Assembly (NCBI GenBank): GCA_951406725.2
Contig: OX597818.1
Location: 18,724,001-18,788,000 of the forward strand
DNA length: 64,000 bases
Source of the DNA: Octopus vulgaris
Taxonomy: Eukaryota
Direction of reading: 5' to 3'
Part shown: positions 52,663 through 64,000 of the stretch, one piece after another
How positions within the stretch are numbered: the stretch's first letter is position 1
Layout: each line of letters starts with the position of its first letter
The notes under the pieces: generated by a model
The model's input: only the letters and a program-made list of their open reading frames with translations
The model's database searches: none
Told to the model about the DNA's origin: nothing
Program-made: the position numbers and the translations under genes

Positions 52663-53499
52663 AACCAAACTTTCATATATTCCTAATATTTATAATATTC
52701 CGAGCTATGGCTGTACCTAAATATATTAATTATTTCCTTCATTTTCCTGACTAATCTCGTTATTTCACATATCGTTCGGTTTATTACTAGAACAGCTAGT
52801 GTTGGATAACTATTATTACATTTTTATTACTATTTAAATACTTTAGATATTAATCTAACGCAGCTGCAATATTCGTCCCTACACTTCTCTTTAATCTATA
52901 GTGGTGTACTTGTCAAGTTCACGAATACCTAAGTATTTAAATCTTGTGTTTGGTCTAATTCGCATGAGTACATTCAAATTTTCTTATCTAACGTTATATC
53001 AGTGCTCTCTAGTAATTTTCTTAGTTGATTGACACCTTTTTGAACCAAACTTCATAGCAATTCATCAGTTGAATTCCTGTAATACCAGTGTTTTCATTTG
53101 CTTATTATAAGTAGCCACATAGAACTCAAGATAATAATGTGAAAACAGTACGAGTGACTACCTCCCTTCGATAGCTGTATTAAATATTGTATATTTGAGC
53201 GTTATGTTTCGTGAATGTGTACACAACCCAATGTACATAAGAGCATACAAACCTCTGATATTTTGATATATTCTTCAGAAACTTACTCCTATCAGTAATC
53301 TATGTTTTCCTCCGCAGGAAATTTCTCAGAAATTTCAGCTTTATTTTGTAATGTCCAGCATACAGAAAACAACATCAACAGTTACAACAGCGACAAAGAT
53401 AGAATCACCAAGATCAGTAGTTTCAGCGAAATCCGGAACAACGATTACACCACCTCCAACACCACCATCAGCAACTGCATTAAAATAATAATATTCCTT

Positions 53500-53695
53500 A
53501 CTACTAAAGGCACAAAGCCTGAAATTTTGGGTGAGGAGACTCGTCGATTTCATCGACCCAAGTATTTCACTGGTACTTAATTTATTGACCCCGAAAGTAT
53601 GAAAAGCAAAGTGAACTTCGGTGGAAATTTGAACTCAAAATGTAAAGACGGACGAAATGCCGCTAAACATTTCGCCCGGCATGCTAACGATTCTC
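53500..53695 (-). mobile_element. tRNA-derived SINE, family B
   Basis: Antisense family B motifs. Confidence 0.75.
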
Positions 53696-53856
53696 CTCCT
53701 CCTCCTGCTGCTGCTGATGTTGATGATGATGATGATGATAATAATAATGATAATACTAATGATAATAATAATAATTTTAAAAGGATTAACGTAACTTCAC
53801 AATGATAAACAGTCAAGACGAAGAGCGCGATTCGATTGTAATAGATATTTTATTAG

Positions 53857-53899
53857 TTGAACGATATTTCGACAGTAAGTCTGTCTTTGTCAAGTTCAA
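53857..53899 (-). ncRNA. minimal hammerhead ribozyme variant (U3-A8 core)
   Basis: UUGAAC-UUGACAA-A-GACAG(ACUUA)CUGUC-GAAA-UA-UC-GUUCAA. Confidence 0.7.
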
Positions 53900-53998
53900 A
53901 ATACATCAAATGGGAATCTCTACATGCCCCATCTGTATAAATCATAACATTTCTGTTGTGATTCCTGATGGAATTCACTTGGCTCATGTTGCTTCACA

Positions 53999-54319
53999 AT
54001 GAACAGGGCTTATCCGACAGAATGCACGAAACACAACTTGATTTATGTTGGTTGTACAACAGAACAATTTCACAAAAGGTGTAACTGGCACAATAACAGT
54101 AGTTCGACAGAACTTGCTGAACATTTCGTTTCAAGCGGCTGCAATTTTGAAAAAGACTTGAAAGTGAATATTCTCAGAAAATATTCTGAATCTGCTTCAC
54201 TTTCACTTCTCAGAATGCATGAGGAGAAATATGTTTGCGGGTTATTAACATCACGCCCTGGAGGAATGAATAAAATGACAGGAGAATATCATCAAACTTA
54301 TACAAGACTGTTTGATTAA
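53999..54319 (+). pseudogene. GIY-YIG endonuclease remnant of a Penelope-like element
   Basis: AYPTECTKHNLIYVGCTTEQFHKRCNWH...LAEHF...RMHEEKYV...PGGMN; CPIC just upstream in another frame. Confidence 0.75.
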
Positions 54320-54503
54320 ATATTCTTCTTTTTCTTTTTTCTTTCCTCTTTTTTTTTGTCTTTTTTCTGTCTTTTTCTTTTCACCTCTTATAAAATTGAA
54401 ACTTAAAGACCGATGATATTCTATCAACGTGTGGTCGCTGGTTACACTCGTTCATACTTTAAATTTAAATTTCTATAATTTTGAATTTTTATCACCCCTT
54501 AAT

Positions 54504-54546
54504 TTGAACTTGACAAAGACAGACTTACTGTCGAAATAGCGTTCAA
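54504..54546 (+). ncRNA. minimal hammerhead variant (U3-A8), cleavage-site U mutated to G
   Basis: ttgaac ttgacaa a gacag actta ctgtc gaaa ta gc gttcaa. Confidence 0.6.
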
Positions 54547-54591
54547 CCAATAAAATATCTATTACAATCCAATCGCGCCCTTCGTCGTCAC

Positions 54592-54630
<39 letters not shown>

Positions 54631-54633
54631 TTA

Positions 54634-54828
54634 TCCTTTCTACTATAGGCACAAGGCCTGAAACTTAGGGGAGAGGGATAGTCGATTATATGGAGCCCAG
54701 TACTCAACTGTTACCTATTTTATCCAACCCGAAAGGATGAAAGGTGAAATTTGAACTCAACGTAAGGAGGGACGAAACACCGCTAGGCATTCTACCCGGC
54801 GTTTTAACGATTCTGCCAGCTCGCCGCC
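54634..54828 (-). mobile_element. tRNA-derived SINE, family B
   Basis: Antisense head ...CGATTCTGCCAGCTCGCCGCC, between (AAT)n tracts. Confidence 0.75.
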
Positions 54829-54886
<58 letters not shown>

Positions 54887-54945
54887 TGATGATGATGATG
54901 ATGATGACGACGACGACGACGATGATGATAATGATGATGATGATG

Positions 54946-55761
54946 AAACTGAAAATAGATGGGTAAAGAAAAGAATGCATGGTCAATTTCATAGGGATGC
55001 TTAAGACAGAGAAAAAAGATTGCTGTGGATGACTAAAAGTGATTTAAAACTGGAAACGGAGGCTCTAATCTGTGCGACCCAAAAGCAAGCACTAAGAACA
55101 AACTACATGAAATACAGAATAGACAACATTGCAGAAATTGATAAGTGCAGAATCTGTGGACAAAACGGTGAAACCATGTGGCATATTACCAGGCAATGTA
55201 CGCCACTAGCCCGGAAGGAATATAAGAGACGCCTCGACAATATAGTCAGGCTTTTCTATTGGACACTCTGCAACAACTATGGACTTGACAGAGCAAAAAA
55301 TTGGGACGGCCACAAACCCGAAGGAATCGTCTAAAATAAAAATGCAAAGATCCTTTGAGATTTTATGATTCAGAGATAGGGAATAGGAAGCCAGACTGTC
55401 TTAATCGAGAAAGAAAACTATCTATACTGGATCATAGATATAGCATGCCCAACTGACAACAGGGTATGCAATAAGGAAGAAATCACAGTTGAGAGATACT
55501 TTAGGTTAGCTTGGGAAGTTAAGTAGTTATGATCGATGAAAAAGGTGGTAGTAGTACATCATTATTATTGTCGGAGCCCTGGGAATAGTGAGCAAAAATC
55601 TCGAGAAGTACGTGGAACAAATAGGGGCTGCAATAAGGGTGAAGCACTTGCAGAAAACTGCACTGCTTGGAACCGCTCGAATACTCCGGAAGGTGCCCGA
55701 AAAATAAAAGGTGTTACCTTAGTTCACTGCTAGGGAACAGCGTTAGAAGTTGTGAAAAGGC
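54946..55761 (+). mobile_element. decayed R4/Dong 3' fragment, a distinct lineage
   Basis: KRMHGQF, LKLETEALICATQKQAL.TN, CRICGQNGETMWHITRQC; 3' end runs into (AAT)n. Confidence 0.85.
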
Positions 55762-55833
55762 AATAATAATAATAATAATAATAATAATGATGATGATGAT
55801 GATATGATGATAATAATAATAATAATAATAATA

Positions 55834-56439
<606 letters not shown>

Positions 56440-56537
56440 TCTACTAAAGGCAAAAAGCCTGTAATTTTGGAGGTGCGGGATAGTCGATTATTACAGCAAC
56501 ATGACTACCACCGACAACAGCAACAACATCAACAATA

Positions 56538-56824
56538 TCTCTCTATATAAACGGCAGTTTGTCTGTGCGTTTTCTGTGTGTCTGTTTTCTCGTACCTCAC
56601 TCTGACCACGGCTTTCAAAATCGATAAATTCGACATGGGGTCGAGAATCAGAAACCCAAACCACAGACCGTCTAGGGGACGCAACTCCACCTTTTTTAAC
56701 TCTCAAAAAAAATTTACCATCATTTTTTTTCCATTTTTTTTGCTATTTTTTGGCTATAACTCTCTAAAAATGCTTTATAGTTATTTCCCTTACAAACCTG
56801 AGCAACGCCGGGCGATACTGCTAG
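56538..56824 (+). mobile_element. complete 287-bp non-autonomous Helitron
   Basis: A|TCTCTCTATATAAAC ... CCTGAGCAACGCCGGG hairpin ... CTAG|T, no TSD. Confidence 0.8.
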
Positions 56825-57288
56825 TTAATAATAAAAGCAGCAACAAATGCTAGCGTTCTAGTGGACAGCTATTTATTACATACATTGACTTGAATATACG
56901 CAGGTAGCGTCTATCATGTCGAAATCTAAATTCCCTCGTAACAGCTCAGTCGGAGATTACGTGCATACACACACACGCACATACACACGGGCGCACATAC
57001 GCACACCCTCACAATCCGCCCATACTATACATACGCACGCATGCTCGCACACGCGCGTGCAAACACACACATGCACACGGGCATATATCTAAAAAGTTCT
57101 TAAATATATCAAGCAAGACCCATGTACTAAACGTGACCCTAAATCTTTTTCTTGTACATGTAGCACCACAAACTCTAATCTACATGTAGGCCATGATGCT
57201 CACCTTGTGTCAGAATACCCCAATAGTTAATAGCCAGAAAGGGGAAGATGGACCGGTAAACATCCACCATCGAGCTGAAAGCAATCAT

Positions 57289-57820
57289 CCTTTCCACTAT
57301 AAGCGCAACGCATGAAATTAGAGATTAAGGATTAGTTGATTGTATTGAGCCCAGTGCTCAACTGACATTTAGTATATCAACCTAGAAAAGATGAACGGTA
57401 AAGTCGACCTCGGCGGAATTTTAACTTAGAACATAAAGCCGGAAGAACTTTCACTAAACATTCTATCCAAGGCACATGGCCAAGTGGTTAGAGCAGCGGA
57501 CTGGCGGTCGAGGGATCGCGAGTTCGAATCTCAGATCGGGCGATGTGTGTGTTTATGACCTAAACACCTAAGCTCAATGCGGCTCCGGCAGAAGGTAATG
57601 GCGAACCTCTGCTGACTCTTTCGCCACAACTTTCTCTCACTCTTTCCTCCTGCATTTTGCAGCTCACCTGCGACGGACAGGTGTACCGTCCACGTGGGGA
57701 ACCTATACGCCAAGGAAACCGGAAAACCAGCCCTTATGAACCAAGGATGGCTCGAAAAGGAACAAACAACGACAAACATTCTATCCGACGTGCTAACGAC
57801 GCCGTCAGCTGGCCGCTTCG
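57289..57820 (-). mobile_element. old family B SINE split by a family C SINE
   Basis: Family B antisense motifs continue on both sides of 57469-57773. Confidence 0.65.
57469..57773 (+). mobile_element. tRNA-derived SINE, family C, with 13-bp TSD
   Basis: AAACATTCTATCC at 57456-57468 and 57774-57786; colinear with 48507-48809. Confidence 0.9.
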
Positions 57821-57835
57821 AGATAATAATAATAA

Positions 57836-57879
<44 letters not shown>

Positions 57880-57889
57880 ATAATAATAA

Positions 57890-58090
57890 TCCTTTCTATT
57901 ATAGGCAGAAGCACTGAGGTTTTCGTGGCGGGCCTATTTGATTACATCGAACCTAGAGCTCGACGGCTACTTATTTGATCGACCCCAAAAGGATGAAAGG
58001 CGAAGTCTACTTCAAATGAATATAAACTCAGGACGTAAAGACTGACGAAATGTCGTTAAGCATTTTATCTGGCAGGCTAACGATTCTGAT
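57890..58090 (-). mobile_element. tRNA-derived SINE, family B
   Basis: GATCGACCCCAAAAGGATGAAAGGC and GCTAACGATTCTG motifs. Confidence 0.7.
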
Positions 58091-59250
58091 GATGATGAAG
58101 ACGATGATTCAAATATTCCTAGTACCAGGTATCGTAACCCTGGCCACTCTATAAGCAATAAAGCCGCTAATTTGAACCTCAGTAAAAACAAAAAAAAATC
58201 CACACTAACAATAGAAAGAATACTCTATTTTACAATGTAGATAAATTGCAATTTTCTAATAGTAAAAAAAAGTGCCGCGTAAAGTGTTATACACACGTTA
58301 TATAGCAATAGTTATTATATGGTCCCTACATTAGATATATTTATGTGCTACTACACTAAGCATCGACATACTTTTAATAAGAGTAAACTTTTTAAGGCAA
58401 CTCCCCTAGCAGAACTTATATGGAATTCCAGTAAGGTTTTGCCATTTAATATCCTCGCCCTCATCTTCACAACACGATATGTCTCTTTGGTACGATGCGA
58501 GGAGGAGCATCTCATGGGAAAGTTTTGTGTTTTTGTTTTGTTTCTCATATGTTTGTGGCTATTTGGGGCTTCCTAGTGCTGTTGGTTTTGCTGTTGTCTA
58601 TAACGTAGTGGTCATTAATGTTATTTCTGTTGCTCCAACTATTTATTCTGTTGCTGAAAGAAATGCTTGCAGGCTTGGGGATGTCGATACAATCCCTATT
58701 GCTGCTATTGCTGCAGTTGATTCTGTTGCTGTTACTGCCTTTTTCGCGGCTGTTGGTTGTATTGTTGTTGTTGATGTTATTGTAAATGTATGCTGCTATT
58801 GGCGGTACTGACGTTATGGTGTGGCTGCCGTTCTGATAACAGAAACTGCAGAAGAAGCGGTTCTTGCTTCTCTCCTCTATTTCTGTGGCCAGAAATCCTT
58901 GAGATAGTTTGACTCACCACAAAAGTGACGCTAAACCCTTTTCTCACTGCGTCTACGAACAATTGTGAGCAGCTTGGCAGATTGATCTAATGTGGAATGG
59001 CTTCCATACTCTTGAACCGTTTGGATCAATATTTCAAACCTTTGTGTAACCAATTTTTATTCTGCAGCCTTTGGACCTGCAATATATTGTTTTATACTCT
59101 ATGTCGAAGAGAACAACTACTACCATCCTATAGATCTTTACTTCTGGTGGCACATCGACAAACTCCATTATTACTACACATCGACGAGGTAGATTGGTAT
59201 GAGAAGCCGTACGTCACTCTTCAAGATTGTGGAGTGCTTCCTGTGCAACG

Positions 59251-59293
<43 letters not shown>

Positions 59294-60166
59294 TTTTTTT
59301 GATGAATGTATCAATGTATCCATGTATGTATGTTTGTATCTATGTATATTTGTACTACGCACGTACGTATGTATGTATGTATGTATGTATGTATGTATGT
59401 ATGTATGTATGTATGTATGTATGTATGTATGTATGCATGTATGTATGTAAGTTGAAAGAATAATGGAAAACCAATTATTGATATTTTGAAGCTTCCATTT
59501 GTAAGCTTTTGCTGATGAAATCATTTTATGATTGCATTAAATTATTGAAATGAGCGTACAAATGATGGCTTCGAAATATCAATAATTTGTTTTCGGTTAT
59601 TCTTTCAATTTAGTTTGGTAATATTCTACGTTTTAGCCTCCCCACTAAATATACGCAGCATTATACTTCATTAAACGTACAATAACGGAATAGTGGATAT
59701 TAACGTAGTAGAATATAGGGAGCACTAATGCGAGTGGTGACGTATCACGCACTTGAAATACATCAGAGATTATACATACATACATACATACATACATACA
59801 TACATACATACATACAAACATACATACATAGACACACATACATACCTGCATACACATATATACACATACATTCATACATATTTGTGTGTGTATGTGGGCG
59901 TATGTGTCTTTGTGTGTATCTTTACATGTACATGTTTATTTTGGTATGTATGTGTGCATATAATTTCCTTCACCGTGGGATCGACTAACAATAAATTATT
60001 AAAAAACTTAATCTTCTTCAGCAAGATGTATTTCCCGTTTGCGTACAATATATGTGTGTATGTGTTTATGTGTATAAATGCGTGAATAATTGTCTGAGTG
60101 TGTGTATTTGATTCGCCTTGATAGATCGCCAGCCACTAAACCTTTTTTATTTTCTCTCTCTGTTTA

Positions 60167-60203
60167 TTTCTGCTGAAGAGCGTAGACTCGAAACGTAGAA
60201 GAC
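60167..60203 (+). ncRNA. degenerate minimal hammerhead (Penelope pseudo-LTR-type relic)
   Basis: UUU-CUGCUGA-A-GAG(CGUAGA)CUC-GAAA-CG-UA-GAA; A6 is mutated. Confidence 0.5.
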
Positions 60204-60594
60204 TGTCTCACTTCCCGCGCGTTAAACTAATACATCTGTTTGTTGTTTACACATCCGCCTTCGTCTTTTGTTTTTGTTTTTTTTTTCTTGTAAATTCTCA
60301 CTGTTTGTATTTGTATGTTTATTTGATTGTGAACAGTTGATATTCTTTTTTTTTTTACAACTTCGAAATTTTGATCGCATCAATTTTTGCAGACTGAATC
60401 TTGGAGACATCATAATGGAAAGAAGGGAAAATTTCCATTTGCCAGTTTGCTAAGTCATAACATTCCACGACTTTGTATGTATGTATGTATGTATGTATGT
60501 ATGTATGTATGTATGTATGTACGTATGTACGTATGTATGTATGTATGCATGTATGCATGCATGTATGCATGCATGTATACACAGATACACATAT

Positions 60595-60902
60595 AAAACC
60601 GGCACTCTGTCGTTTACCACGACGAGGGTTCCAGTTGATCCTAGCAACGGAACAGATTGCTCGTGAAATTAATGTGCAACTGGCTGAGCACTCCACAGAC
60701 ACGCGTACCCTTAACACAGTTCACTGGGAACATCAGCGTGACACGGCTGGCCCATTTTGAAACACTCCTTTTTATCAGCTGAGTGAACCGGAGCAACGAG
60801 AATTAAAGTATTTTGCCCAAGGACACAAAGCGTCCCAGTGAATTGAACTCACGACCTTGCGATCGTGAGCCGAATGCCCTAACCACTAAGCCACGCGCCT
60901 TC
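60595..60902 (-). mobile_element. tRNA-derived SINE, family D-like
   Basis: GGCGCGTGGCTTAGTGGTTAGGGCA...GAGTTCAATTC head on the minus strand. Confidence 0.75.
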
Positions 60903-60985
60903 GCTGTCTAAGCCACGTGTCTTCATTAGATATAAGAATATATATAAGAATGAGTAAATATTCGAAATAAATACTCGTAAAGATA

Positions 60986-61051
60986 TTCTTCTTCTTCTTC
61001 TTCTTCTTCTTCTTCTTCTTCTTCTTCTTCTTCTTCTTCTTCTTCTTCTTC

Positions 61052-61083
<32 letters not shown>

Positions 61084-61107
61084 CTTCTTCTTCTTCTTCT
61101 TCTTCTT

Positions 61108-61172
<65 letters not shown>

Positions 61173-61195
61173 TACTACTACTAGTATTATTATGA
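60986..61195. repeat. (TTC)n/(TTA)n/(CTA)n compound microsatellite
   Basis: Directly visible. Confidence 0.95.
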
Positions 61196-63469
61196 GCAGC
61201 AAATCTAAATAATTGATAATAAAAATAGCAATAACATTAGTGGCAGCAAGCGATATTAGCATTAAACAGCTATACAATAAAATAAGGATACCCTGTATAT
61301 ATATATATATATATATACCGTTGGCGATTTTTTTCCCTCCATCTTCCCTTCTTTGAATCTTTCCTTTTTCTATGTTTCTAACGAAGCGTCCTGAGCGTCC
61401 AATAATACTATACTTGTTCCACGTCCTCGCGTTGTTGTGTTTTCTCTTTGTTTTTTCATGTTTAGATTAGCTATATATATATATATAGTTATACATAAAC
61501 AGTACCCGCGTGTGTGTGTATCTGTGTGCCTGTGTGACTGTTTGCTTGCGGACGTAGGGAGAGATATATTCCAATCCACAATTGCGTGAAATAAATGTTA
61601 GTTAGTGTATCTCATAAATATATTTTTTGTTTTCAAGCTTCAATCATTGAGCTGCCGCCATGCTGGGTCACCGCCTTCAAATATTTTACCAATCAGATAT
61701 ATTCCAGTAAATAAAAAACAAATTCTGGTAATGAGTTTATCAATCATCATTTATCGAATCACTAATTTACACCATTTGTTACAGCAGCGGGTTTATACGG
61801 GTAAATGTAGTCTCTCACAGACATACGTATACATACGCAACCATACCAACATGAGTAAACACACATACATATATGTGCATATGAATTTTAGTATCACAAA
61901 AGAAAAACCAAAAATGAACTTTGACTGAATAATAAACTCAATATACGATCAAGCCTTTAGGTATATGTGTACATATCTATGTATACATATATCTATATAT
62001 ACATTAAAAAAGATGTGTTTTATATACATAAAAGAAACGATTATTGACTAAATATATTTGAGTGAATCAGTATTGATTCATATATATTCATACAAGGGCA
62101 TGCGTTTACACATACTTACACACATACGCACGCGTATTTCGTTTGTATATCGCCATAATTAATATATTAATTCGCAAATAATTGCCCTAATTTTTTCATG
62201 TTTTCCATTGTATTTTTAGTCAAGTTACAAATGCAAAATATATGCGATATATAGTGTATATAGTATATGATATGCATATGATATGCGATAATTGATTGGA
62301 ATTATATTTTGCCGACTATCTGTAGAGTGAAAGATATTTTGCGAATAGAGAATTTTCTGATAGAATTAAATTGATATTTAAGTAAAATTTACACACATAA
62401 CTTGACAATATTTTCTTGAATAATTCCAGTATTATTAATAATTTTATTTGCCTGATGGATAATATATGTGTGCTTGGCGAACTGTCAGACAGGGTGTTGT
62501 TTGGCGCCTCTACGGTTCAGAATTAGAAATAAAATGCGTGTTGGTATTAATGGTTATGGAAAATCAATTAATGTAAGAAGCTGAAATAGATGTATTAGTT
62601 TAGCCGTTATTTAATTCATTAGCTTCGAATGGACTGTGTATAACATAAAATTGAGCTTTATATATATTCTGTACATATTCAAAATTTGTGTTTAAAGAGT
62701 AATTCAAAGTACATATTTCTGAATTGTACTTGGGATATGGCATTTAAGTATGTGTATGTACGTAATCATGTGTGACAATTATGTGCATATGTCTACAATA
62801 TTTGTTCATTGATGAAATATCACCCCCTCTATTCTTTTTCATCGTTCATTCTTCTGATGAATAATTCATGTCCGAAGCGTCAAACATTTTTGTTACTCTG
62901 AGCGTGAAACGAATATCTAAAGAAACTACAAGTGAACATTTTTACGTATTTTTTAAGTAAAATTATAGTTTAGTAATTGAGTCATTTATACTGCTTATAC
63001 TGGTTTACTTTACCATGTTTATTACAAATTACTGAATACTGTGCTCAAGTAAGAGGGTCTTACTCATCCTTTATTTTAAAAGCATTTCTTGAATATTTAG
63101 TATTGATAAAACTTACTTAACAACAATTTCTGTAACTTGGTGCACATGAGAGAAAATTAGTTGAATGGTATGATGCAGAGAAGTTGTTTTTTCCACAGGA
63201 GAATATGAACGAAGAAGCATTGCAATTTCAGTGATTCACCAATTCAGCGATGAGTTGTGCCACCTTGCGTCACGTAATTACATATAGATAAAGCTCGTTG
63301 TTAAATCGTAATTGAATTGACCATTGGCAAAATGAAATGGCTGTATCAGGATATGAATCGATGATCCCACTGATTGACTGTCTCGTAACGTTTCTGCTTC
63401 ATCATCCACAGTTAGATAGCGCTGGATTTGCACCATTCTAAGTTGTCGGCAACACAGATATGACCCCAT

Positions 63470-64000
63470 GCCCCGATGACTCGCTGTAACTCTTAGATAG
63501 TGATGCTGACTTCTGCGAAAAGCCGATAACTTCTGATGAATTACGTGGAGCGAAGACCGGCTGCACAATGGAGAAGTAGCCGGAGCAGGATGGTCAGCGC
63601 TACTAGCTTTATCGTCATATGCCAAACTTGTTCGGAATCTTCTTGGGTTGTGTCAATTGCAAATGACAGCAGAACGGAAAATTTCACAGTCCTGCGAAAA
63701 TTGGTACAGTTGTGCTGCTAAGAAAGGATCCGAACAAGGGTGAAGATTTCAAAGGCCTCAGACCCAAAACCTAGTTAAATACAGAGTTGAGGGTTTTGGT
63801 TAAGTGCTTGTTAAAAGTTTGAGTCTGTCGCCGATACACTTGTGGGTGAGGCACAGACATGTCCCATATCAAAGAGATCTATCCAAGAAAACCTTCACCT
63901 TAGGCAATACATTACAGAAAGTGTGGGTAAAGAACCTGACATGGGTGGGGCTCTAATTAATTTAGATTAGTCGAAAGCTTTCGATGGGGCCGACCGTCAA
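63470..64000 (+). mobile_element. decayed L1/Tx1-like reverse transcriptase fragment running off the window
   Basis: CEKPITSDEL..., GTVVLLRKDPNK...LRP..LNTELRVL, EAQTC...RSIQENLH, GGALINLD*SKAFD. Confidence 0.75.

Larger units (their letters stand above)
53776..54592 (+). mobile_element. 5'-truncated Penelope-like element with an inverted pseudo-LTR
   Basis: 53811-53900 and 54503-54592 are inverted repeats around a GIY-YIG remnant; 35-bp extra tail at 53776-53810; (AAT)n on both sides. Confidence 0.85.

Overview
AT-rich, microsatellite-dense eukaryotic non-coding DNA. The SINE families suggest an octopus/coleoid cephalopod (inference). I can support no host protein-coding gene; almost all short ORFs in the track are translated microsatellites. 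The window is a transposon landscape. (1) An apparently intact R4/Dong-clade non-LTR retrotransposon (1270-aa Myb-like/RT/CCHC/restriction-like endonuclease ORF, 26115-29927) sits in (TAA)n, with a decayed relative in tandem and four other fragments elsewhere. (2) Three Penelope-type insertions share one architecture: an inverted 5' copy with a longer 3' tail, a hammerhead ribozyme and microsatellite flanks. They are a 3.2-kb head-to-head palindrome (5403-8639), a GIY-YIG remnant between 90-bp inverted repeats (53776-54592) and a non-coding 558-bp-unit ribozyme element (45165-45949). Two of the hammerhead families have non-canonical cores that still keep the 3:8 base pair (G3-C8, U3-A8). (3) There are also CR1-, RTE- and Tx1-like LINE fragments, Chapaev-like and mariner transposase relics, two non-autonomous Helitrons and about 18 tRNA-derived SINEs. 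Family calls come from motif recognition by eye, not database searches, and boundaries of decayed elements are approximate.
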